Assembly: GCA_963924565.1 (NCBI GenBank)
Contig: OZ004615.1
Coordinates: 17,980,001-18,044,000, forward strand
Direction of reading: 5' to 3'
DNA length: 64,000 bases
Source: Ascidiella aspersa
Taxonomy: Eukaryota
The number at the start of each line of letters is the position of its first letter. Within the stretch, counting starts at the first letter, position 1. Made by a program: the position numbers and the translations under genes. The notes beneath the pieces were generated by a model, which made no database searches, was not told the DNA's origin, and worked only from the letters and a program-made list of their open reading frames with translations. Positions 53,862-64,000 of the stretch are shown here, piece after piece.

Positions 53862-54909
53862 CAGGGGTCGGCAACCCCTGGCACACGTGCTACTTTTGAC
53901 ACGCGAGATGATTTTTCAGGGCACGCCAAATGATTTAACTCGCACGTTATATCACTTTAATGAGAAAGTGCATTCATTACATCACTATCACATTATTAAC
54001 CTTAGCGCTAACAAAGTGGTTGCACACATTTCCAGTTCGTGTCCCTATTAGTTTTTAACTGTTGTATAATGTATTTAACATTAATTTTTGTTGGCGTTAA
54101 AACTGTTTTTTTGCGACTAACAGTTCCTATTACGTCACAATGCCCCCCCAAAAAGCGTGATGTTTGCAATGCATTCCGCATTAAAAGTAAACACGTGTGT
54201 TTTTGTGCGACTGAAAAAACAAGCTAAAAAGAAACTGACACTTCTAGGTATCGGCTGAAAAGCGTCGAAGTTTATTCACAAATAGCCGGCACAGTATTGT
54301 GTTCGTTACAGTTCGTTTTTTTCAGCAGGGTTAGGGTATCTTTACACAATTTATCTTATGAAATTAGGTTTAATGGCGTTTTATAAGATACGTAAATTAG
54401 ATGTCAGATGATTCGTAAACTAGATGTCAGATGATTCGTAAATTAGATGTCAGATCACAGCATGGCTGAGAAGTCGGACTCGGGACTCGAGTAAGACTAG
54501 GTAAAACTATACCCATGTCCGACGTGTGCTCATGCGCAGTACCAAATTTTCGAAACTAAAGCAAACTGTAAATTGTAAAGTTGGAATAGCATATTATGGC
54601 ATGTATTCCATGAGCCCTATGAGTGGATTACTGAATGTCAATTTTTACGTAAATCAGTGAAATACAAGCTGTGGTGTCTGAGCCGGACTCGGGACTCGAT
54701 GAAATTGCACATTTGGCCGAAGTCGACTCGGGAGTCTCACTCGGGTTCAATTTTTGGCTGGAGTCGGACTCGGGCTGTTTGTAACTGTCTTTGGAGCCCT
54801 GGTTGACAGTTCAAAATCAAACATAGAAAAATGTCTGGCACGCACATTGTACATATTTTGACTTTATTCATAAACTGGCACGCTGCATACGAAAGGTTGC
54901 CGACCCCTG
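53862..54909. mobile_element. hAT MITE with a nested GAGTCGGACTC-family element (about 54461-54801) and a 23-bp tandem triplet
   Basis: TIR CAGGGGTCGGCAACC / GGTTGCCGACCCCTG; TSD TTCTATTA. Confidence 0.9.
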
Positions 54910-56251
54910 TTCTATTACGTAACTATACGATGCATCAAAGACAAAGATTAATATTTTGCTTGGCTTGGTGGCTTGGCGATATTTTTTAACGTAATCCTGC
55001 GTATTCGTTGAAAACAACGCTTAAAAACTAACCATATATATTCCAAGTAACATTTATTAAAGGAGCTTAAGATTGACATACATAACACACAACGAGATGA
55101 TAAGGTTTTCATTTTGCAACTTCCATAAGCCACTTTCAACGGTTTAGTATTTGGCATGCCCACGATAAAATCGCCAACTCCTGCTTTATGGGTTATTACA
55201 CCTTTGTGGAAAACAGAGACTTACAAAAGTTCACAAGTTACAAAGGATAGTAGGGTTAGCAGTTAAAACATAAACTTTATACCCGTAGAGGGCTTTAGGC
55301 GGTTGATGTATAGCTTTTTCTGTCGCAACGATTTTTCTTGGAGTCGATACCGCGTGTACTAGTTATGGCTGATACCACTTCCTAGTTATGGTGTCATACT
55401 TGGAGCCACCAGGCAGCGTCATTACGCAAACACAGGTGTTACCCCACAAGGCTGACTATAACGAGAAAAGTTATTACTGACGCTAGACGCTGGGAATTAA
55501 ACAGATGTCACCTGAAATGTTTGTCGTGTTGTGTACAATGTAGATTCCCTTTCCACATATAAGCGTAAGCAATTTGTTTCTCTGTGAGAGAAGCAAAAAT
55601 GTCACACTAAGTTGGGCAGGTTTCCGGTTAATAGATATGTTCTCGAGCAGAGCTTCTCAAATAGTTTCAAAGCAGTTTTTCAATGACTAAAGTGTTTTTT
55701 TCAAATAACTTGATTTGACCTAAATATTTTTCTGCGCTTAGGGCATTTATCTCAAGTTGTATACATCTCATAATATTTTTGTTTTATATTGATTTTGGTT
55801 TGTTATTGCTAATATAATCAGAGAAGTTTACCAATTTTAATCAATTAAGTTTTGTATTTATGACAATCACTTGAACTGAGGCTTGATTCGGAAGTTTTCG
55901 GATAGCTTAATCCGGATTTAAAGTTATTTTACAAATGGTTTGACTGGGACTTGGATCATTTCCAAATAACTTATTTCCAACACTTGTTCAAAGTGACTTA
56001 CTGAATGGGTCCACAGGGGCTCCTTATAAACTATTACTTTTCTTACTGAGCGGCGATAAAGTTGTTTAAGATCCCATATGCAGTGACTATCCATTTTGTT
56101 GCCGTCAATCGATCAATCGGCAGTTTAGATTAGTTTTGCTTTTTGCAATTTTGATGTCGATTTGATATTAAGGGCACATTGTATCAAAATAGGCATGATG
56201 GTCAAGGAGCGAAAACAAAATGAGAAGCAATATTCTAGGGCGCGTCTAGAG

Positions 56252-56674
56252 CAGGGCTGCGAAGTCGGTTAAAAACAACCCGAGTCCGACTCCCGAGTCC
56301 CGAGTCCGACTCCGGCCAAATGTAAGATTTTGTCGAGTCCCGAGTCCAGCTCCGACTCTGCAGCCTGTATTTTACCCATTTACGCAACTAAATTAAGGTG
56401 GATTTTCAGCAATCCACTCATATCGGTGTCATAATTGATCCCCCGCATAGCCGCATTACATGGTTTAAAAATATTTCACATTTGCTATTACACTTTTACA
56501 ACTTACATTTTGCCACCTTAGCAGGTAAAAAATTTGATACTGCGCATGCGCACGTCGGACTCGGGACTCGGGTAGTTTTACGCGGTCTTCTCGAATCCCG
56601 AGTCCCGCGTCCGACTCCGGCAAAACAAACCGACTCCGTCGAGTCCCGAGTCCGACTCCGACTCCGCAACCCTG
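56252..56674. mobile_element. hAT MITE with GAGTCCGACTC subterminal repeats (partial copy at about 6630-6735)
   Basis: CAGGGCTGCGAAGTCGG ... CCGACTCCGCAACCCTG; TSD GTCTAGAG. Confidence 0.92.
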
Positions 56675-56798
56675 GTCTAGAGTGTTAATATTTGTCGTTT
56701 TTAAAACGCAAAACATGAATTTCGCGTTTATACGCCGCTGTACTCCGCCGTTGTACAAACTGCACTTTACTATATACAGGAAAACATTAACAAATCTG

Positions 56799-59700
56799 AT
56801 GTTGACAGCAATTGTTTTACTTCCTGTGCTACTAGTTAGCTTGACTCAAGGACAAGGTAAGAATAATTTGTATGTGTTATGAAGGGGCTAAAACCGTTTG
56901 GAGAAAGCTTTCGGTTTGCCCCAGGACTGCAAAAATTGTTTTTTGTTTGTCAAAATAACCATGAACAGATTAAATGTGACACAAAATGTTGGCTGCTAAG
57001 AAAAGGATGTTGCTGATAAGAGCAGAGCATCTTCAATTCACTGTTTTAAAAGAAGGCCAAATTAGACATAGAATGATCTGTAAATAGACAGCATTTAATA
57101 TGTTTTTGTTTGTGGCTCAAATTAAAAAAAGATACAACCAACTTTACCTTGTTTCGTTCGTGGTATAGTTGTACATTTTAAGCAAGGCAAAGGTCGCTGC
57201 ATTTTGGCTACCCATGCAATGTTCTTCCTTCAGGAATAGACTCATGTGTTGGGAGATGTGACAATTTGCTCGACACCTCGTTCTCCTGCCAGTGCAACAC
57301 TCACTGCGAACGTTACGGTGATTGCTGCAACGACTACTACACGGAATGCCTCAACGCTCCTGCGTAAGTCAGTTTTAGACAAACAAAACAGTCCATCAGC
57401 ACAAAAAAATAAATCACAAAAGGGTGGAAAAAACTTTGTTAACGAATTGCAAACGCGTTTACAATGTTATAGCTATAGACGTATTTGATTTCGGTTTTTG
57501 TCGGGCCTCTATATCACACATTCGCATGGATTTTTTTGTTGGTAAGAACATAATGAAAGATCAGACGTTGCTTCGTGGTTTTTTCAACGGGTCATCATAA
57601 CGTAAATCTCTTTTAAAATCAAACTGAAAATTTACACAAATGTAAGGTGCGACAAAATTACAAGATGTAACATCAAAAACATGAATAACCAGCACTCGTG
57701 TTGCTACAAAGCCTTTTTTTATATACGAGGAACCGACAAGCAGCAGCGAACAGGCCACGTTGCTCTCGGCGGTTATGACTATATCCACTTTCTGCTCTAA
57801 AACACGCTTCTTACCTTATTCCAAAAGACGTTTACTTTATTTTTTTAACGTAAGACCAAGCTGTTCGGGACGATGTGACGACCCTCTGGACAGCAACGAG
57901 TCGTGCCAGTGTAACACTTGGTGTGTGCAGTACAACGATTGCTGCCCCGACTACGAGGAGACCTGTAACTCTCCCGGAGGTGGAACTGGATCCTGCAGTG
58001 AGTAACAGCAGGGTAAAATAAGGTTCTTCTATTGGCCAGAAACTTTAACAAGGCGTGCATATCGTTCGCGGACCACATTAAGTCTCGCTTGTGTTAAGAA
58101 TACGGTTTTAAAATGCGAAACATCTATTTTTTACTTTGAGTGTAACAAGGAATATTTAATTATTTTAGATATAGCCCTTTAACCTTAAATCAGTTTGGTT
58201 TCTAAATAAAACAAAACACTCTTCGTTCAAAACCTCAATTTTATAAACGGCACAGATAGCTCTAGTGCACGCTGTTAACTGGAAAATATTTTGGATTTAT
58301 ACGCGTAAAGGCATCACAGCACGACCGAAAACACTATGTATTAGAGTCGCTTTAACCACTGTTCCTTTAAGGTCAACTGTCGATCAGCGATGCGGAGATA
58401 CTCCAACTATCCTTGGAGCTGTGGAACCTGGACAACAACGTGAAGCACCTAATTACACTCGACGAACAATTTCAAAATTCGGGCTCGCAGGATACTGCAG
58501 CCAGGCCGTAAGACTTTGGGACGAATATAAAATATATACATTATTTGACCGACATGTGACTCTGTATGGATGGACTCACTATAGTTTATTACACAAATGC
58601 TGTTTAGGCAACAAACAAAAAATGGAAAACTCTCCCTTTCTGCAGGCGTAAAAACTGGCAAATGTTTGTTTAAAATTGCAAATTATGGTTCAAAGTTGAT
58701 CTGCTTACCAAAATAAAGTAAAAAAGGAGCTATCCAAAAACACCACTTTTGCAGTATCAATGCCTATCCACATTTTTCTTTACCCCTGCACTCAATCTTG
58801 TTACAGCTTTTTCGCAAATGTGGACGAATCCATCTTCAACAGCCCGACTTTCGCTGCTCTAAAAAACCTGCTCGATAACTACGAGAAGTTCCAGGGGAAC
58901 AATGAAAACTTTGGAAGCAACGAGATTGCCGAGCAGGACATATTCCTGGACGCCGTTTTGGCAACTCCTATCGGCCAGAAACTGTATGAATTCTTGGACA
59001 GCAAAGGTTTGTCGATATGTTGCTGTAAAGCTATTTGTTAGAAACTGCTAAATTTGGTTAAATTTATGTAAAGCAAACGAACAATACGCATAAACGTTCC
59101 TAAGTATGGCCAAGCAAAACCTATAGCCTATTCTTAAAATCAAGGTCTTATTTGAGTATTCCATATAGCATGCACTTCCATAGGCTACTTTTGTACTTCA
59201 AAAATATATTTTTTGCTAATTTAAAATGCGTAAAAACCGTTGGTCAACAAAATGAAGTGTACCTATAGCTTTATCCCGAAAAACATATTATTTATAATCC
59301 TTTGCTTGCGGGAGTAATTTGTGGGTGGGCGTAAATATTTTTTAGAGCTGCTATAGCGTCTCAAAGTTATGCTATAGAAATATTCCATTCATTGGTTTTA
59401 ATTTACTGAATGTTTAATTCAAAAGAAGACATGTGAACGGGCCTTAACTTTATATATTAATAAAGTTTAAAGGGAGTTTAAAGTCGCTTATAACTCGCCT
59501 TACCTTTTGAGTAGAAAATTAATTATTATTTCTGAACTTAGACTACGACTTACAAACTTTGTGGCAAGAAAATCTGCTATTTAAAGCAATAATGTTACAC
59601 CATTCGCTGTAATTATTAAGTCTGCATTACTTGGATGATTGTTAAACTATAAAATTAAGTCTGCTGGTTTTACAAATAAGGTCACGTGTAATGTTGCAGA

Positions 59701-61682
59701 CTGGTCAAGGGTAAAACTTGTCGTTAAAGTAATATTGTTCTTCTTGTGACACCTTAAAGGTAGAGCTGGATGTGACACAATCGAAACCTTCAAGGAATAC
59801 TTGCGCATGCAGTGGTTTGAATTGTACAGCAGACAGAATGGAGCAATGGACACCAGTGGGTGAGTGGCGTATTAGGAGACGGAGAGTATTGCTTTAACCA
59901 TTAAATTCCGAATGCCTTGGCGTCACAATATGGGCAGATGACTTAACTGAATATAATTAAAATGTAGTGGACTTAGGATTTTGTATTTCCACGCCAAAGC
60001 TTGGGAAAGATGTACTAAAGTAACTCTGAGGCGGCTTGTATGAAAATCAAAGGTGTGATAGCATTCTTCAAAATCATATAGAATTTTATTTGCGTGCTTT
60101 AAAAGTGTAGCCTACCAATTGATGTTAACCCCGCATTTATTGATTTACTCATCTAGAATACGTTTTGGTTAAGCGATTAGAAGGCGTTTTTGTAATGCAA
60201 CTAAATAACTTCGACATGGATTGGTTTTACCAAAAATCACTTACTTTACTTCATTTATTTACATATCATTATAGAGTAACAAGTGGGGCTTTAATAATTT
60301 TATGTTGACCTTGACGATATAGGATGTACAATTGGGAGGACGTTCTGAATTTAGGCAGTACACCTTTGCAGTAATATTTTTCATCAAATCCGGGCGTTTT
60401 GCAACAATATGTTCCTCAACAGATTCGAGCACGTCTTCGTCGGTGAGATCAAGAGTAATTACGTGTCAGGATTTCACGGCTGGGTAAACTTCTACCTGGA
60501 GGAGCAAAAAAACGAACTGAACTATTACGGTTACGTTTCCAAAGCCGAGGTAATGAAACTACTATTTGCATTTTTGTGGTTAGGTAAAAAGAGCACGGAA
60601 AACATCAAGTAAAACCGAGGAGTTAATGTGTGTAAGAACTATAACGTGATTTACATAGAAAATGGTTTGCATTTATCTTTCTAATTTAGAAAAAAAACTT
60701 AATATTTGAAAGTAACGATGTTCCCTAAGACCATATAAAATAACCGAATAGACTCAAATAAGCGATAAATTTACAAATGCTAAGACGCATGCAAAGCTTT
60801 TAGCTTTGGGGCGGCTATATTCCCGAAAATAATAATGCCATAATTTTCAATTTCGAAATAGCTTAGAACTAATACTTAAGCTTATTAAAATGGCACTTTC
60901 TCGTTAAAGTTGGCACAAGATTTACTATCGATGGGCTCATGAACTCGCTAAACAGGCCAGGTGGTAATTAGTTGTTTTTGCTTAGCCCGATCTGTACGGC
61001 AACCGATTTACCTGGGGTGGTTTCACAAAGGAGTTAGGAAGTATCTCAGTTGGAGCTTCTCCAGAACTCGAACTTGCGTTCTTCACCCTCTGTCACATGG
61101 CAAGGCCTGGTGCGATGTAAGTGCAAGTTGCAACTAGAGGTTTCAGAAAAGCATTCACAATATCAAAACAGATAATTGTAACAACTAAAAGAAGTCAAAT
61201 TTTTGTTATGTTTAGTAAATATCTTTGTAAGTTTAATAGTTTTTAACTATATTGTTTCGCTTTAGAAAATATTTTTTGTGTATTGCGTTCTATTTTAGTG
61301 AGTTTTACTTTCATTTTTATACCATAAGTTAAATAATGGCAAAATCTCAACAGCAAGATTTTATAGTTTTTGTTTTACAAAAATATGGAACAGCATATAA
61401 ACACAAATTAGACCAAGTGAGAAATAATTTAGAATAAAGATATGTTCTAGTTTTTTTTTATGCAGAATCTTTTCAACCTATAGGTGTTTCTATAAATTTT
61501 CGCTTGCAACCCTGCTCCGAACCCTTTAATCAATTTAATGCTAACTTCTCTGCCTCAGTTGCAAGGTGAAGATGCTCGACGGCAATACTGAAGTGACCCG
61601 TGAGATCCAAACTTGGACCTGGAGCAACAGCAATCCAGGCAGCGGTCTCCAGTACGTGGCGTCAGCTTATTTCAGAGTGTGA
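56799..61682 (+). CDS. ENDOU: Poly(U)-specific endoribonuclease EndoU (XendoU/PP11 family): signal peptide, two somatomedin-B domains, EndoU domain; 9 exons, about 382 aa
   Basis: Exons: 56799-56856 ([18 protein letters not shown], signal peptide), 57234-57363 (SCVGRC...[17 protein letters not shown]), 57855-57997 (SCSGRC...[17 protein letters not shown]), 58372-58507, 58807-59006, 59760-59859, 60423-60549 ([11 protein letters not shown]...SGFHGW, catalytic His pair), 60986-61116 (TKELGS...SPELELA, catalytic Lys), 61559-61682 (YVASAYFRV*). AATAAA at 61729-61734. Confidence 0.95.
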
Positions 61683-62170
61683 TTGCACCTGACGAATCGT
61701 TGGCGTTTTTGTGCTGATGCTAAAAGCAAATAAACGACAACCACGGAGAGAAGTGCCGTAGTATTTTTTATCGGTAAACTGTGAAGTGTCTTTATGGAAT
61801 TTGCAATTTTTGGACAGAAACTATAGGAAAGGGGCATTTTCAACATCCAAATATACCCTTCTTTTTTCAACATCCAAATATACAAATCGTATATACCCGT
61901 ATATAAGTAGGACGTAGGTAGACAAAACTAGGTAAAAGCAATGTGACTTCGTCTGTGACTACTCAAATACAGCCTAGCCGACGTCCGTATGTTTCCTGGA
62001 AATTTTCAGTGTTACGCCAGACCAGTGGTTCTCAAATGACAACCTGCGTGGCATCTCAGCCAAGCTAGAACAGTCGATTTTTAAGTAAACCTCTCTCTCC
62101 AATGGTGGGTTCAGAATTTTGGTTTGGCGGCCTTGAAAACTTTTTAATGGCACGTAGGGTAGGTATAAAT

Positions 62171-62440
62171 CGGTGGTTCCAAACCTTCTTGGCTATAAAT
62201 TATAAAAGTTTGCGTAACACTTACTAGCATGTTTGATAAGTGTTCTAATGTAATTTCATACTAAACGAAACTGAAACAGCACATATTAACTTTCCACAAT
62301 GTAGGAAAACGTTGCTGATTTGTTGCACTCCAACAGTATATAAAAAATTGTTACAAGAAGTTTATGAAAAAGATCGCGGCCCGTTGAGTTTTTAAAAACG
62401 GCACACTAGAGTGCAGCGTCACCCCGTCGGAGAACCACTG
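62171..62440. mobile_element. Degenerate hAT MITE
   Basis: CGGTGGTTCCAAACC ... GGAGAACCACTG; TSD GTATAAAT/GTATAATT. Confidence 0.6.
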
Positions 62441-63323
62441 GTATAATTTAACAGAAATTGCACTCTTTTTGTAGAGTTTATGAGTTCACACTACACACTA
62501 TGTCATAGTTTGCACGGCGCCTTTGACTGAATAGATTCCCCTAGAACGGGGCAAAACATTCTCACAACAAAAAAACGTTGCTTAAAAAATTTGAATTTCC
62601 AGTAAAGTCGGCAAAAAATATATTGTTTGAGGGGCATAGTCTGGGGCCCCTTGATCCTCCCTTGGTTATGTTATGTGCTATCAAATTGCACTTGTTTGAC
62701 GGCATATGAAAGCATAGCCTTTTGCACCAAGTGCTTTATACATTTACTCTATTTGTTGTGACGTCATTAAAGGTTTAGGTTATTTTTACTTTGGAGCGTT
62801 TATTTCCAGCATAATTAACTATCAAGTATTTTAAAATGATAGTAGGAAAACATTTTAAAACGGCAATGATTTGTTTTTCGAGTCCTAATCGAAGTCGCTG
62901 AAAAGATGGTTGAAAGCCTCGGTCGAGAACTACTGCGCCAGACCCTTCGATTGTGTAGCAGCCTGATTGCGAACAGCAAATTGCTGTGTAGATACAGGCA
63001 CAGCGCCCTACAATGAGTAAATGTCAAGTGATCTGAAGTAGCCTATCATGATTTTACAATACCATGCCATGCCATAAAAAGGTAGACTTTTTTCGCACCT
63101 ATTGGCAAGCTTCGAGTTACGTATATAGACACGTTTCAACCTTATATCCAATTTGTTGTTGACAAAGGGGAAAGAATCGTTACGCTTTAGTTTTAGGGCT
63201 TATGTGAAATATTCAACAAACTGACACAGCTCTAAACTACTTTAAACTTTGTCTTGTATATCACGCTTAAACGATTTTCAGTGTATAAAATAGCAAATAG
63301 TCTAGTATTTATTCACCCGTGGC

Positions 63324-63993
63324 CATGGGCGCCCGCACGGGGGGGGGGTCAAGGGGGGCAAGACTTGCCCCCGCACTGGAATATCAAAATGCGATTATTA
63401 GTATTATTTATAAGTGTAATATGTATATGAAGGTTAAAAATATTATACATTATCCATTGCCCCCAAGGGCGTATCCAGGGGGCGGGAGTTCCTACCCCCT
63501 TTTTGTAAGTGATATTATCGTTTTTTGTTCGTTTTTGTCATGGTTTAACAAACTGTTATTGGGTCACGCGTCTTAATCCAATGCGAAACCAAAATCAAGT
63601 GCAAAACGCCGTTTTTCGTCTTTTGTTTGTCGACCGTAAACGCTGGAAGTTGTTCTTTTTCGTTATTTGTTTAGGTTGACTGATTAGCAAGTGTGTATTC
63701 TACAATTTGTTTTTTTGCCTGAAGTTACCGTGTTTCGCAGCTGGCGCCTGACAGGATTGTTGACGACGCACGTGGTCGCTTTTGCTGGACGTATTTGGCT
63801 GTTTCTGATTAGTTTTTTTATCACGTCTTGCAATCACCATTCTATGACGTCATACTGTCACTGTTTTATGATGTCATTATTTATTAAGTCAGACGAAAAA
63901 TAGGGGAATTCCCTAAGTTGAAAATTCAGGACCGCCCCGTTTTGATTTTCCCCTGATTGCCCCTCCCTGGAAATTTTTCTGCGTGCGCCCCTG
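63324..63993. mobile_element. TIR element (CAGGGGCG-type ends) containing another element (about 63465-63945)
   Basis: CATGGGCGCCCGCA ... TGCGTGCGCCCCTG; TSD CCCGTGG(C), with the right copy cut by the window end. The inner part matches 33611-33825. Confidence 0.8.
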
Positions 63994-64000
63994 CCCGTGG

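Overview
AT-rich, intron-dense animal genomic DNA, with no prokaryotic features. Gene architecture and repeats suggest an invertebrate chordate such as an ascidian, but that is an inference. Three spliced genes were reconstructed by hand. (1) mTOR, minus strand: 55 coding exons from the ATG at 42398 to 630, covering HEAT, FAT, FRB and kinase domains; the FATC end lies left of the window. (2) SPACA9/C9orf9, minus strand, 48176-44474: about 324 aa, with a GC-AG intron and a long low-complexity tail. (3) A secreted EndoU ribonuclease with two somatomedin-B domains, plus strand, 56799-61682: about 382 aa, with three AAG acceptors. Introns and spacers hold many hAT-type MITEs with 8-bp TSDs (some nested), a Tc1/mariner deletion derivative and tandem repeats. 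Two observations stand out. First, a dispersed tRNA(Thr)-like repeat with a 9-nt anticodon loop and an immediate Pol III terminator occurs in circularly permuted copies, which is unlike a SINE. Second, a perfect 188-bp duplication across an mTOR splice donor creates a potential in-frame 12-nt microexon. I found no clearly new multi-gene system.
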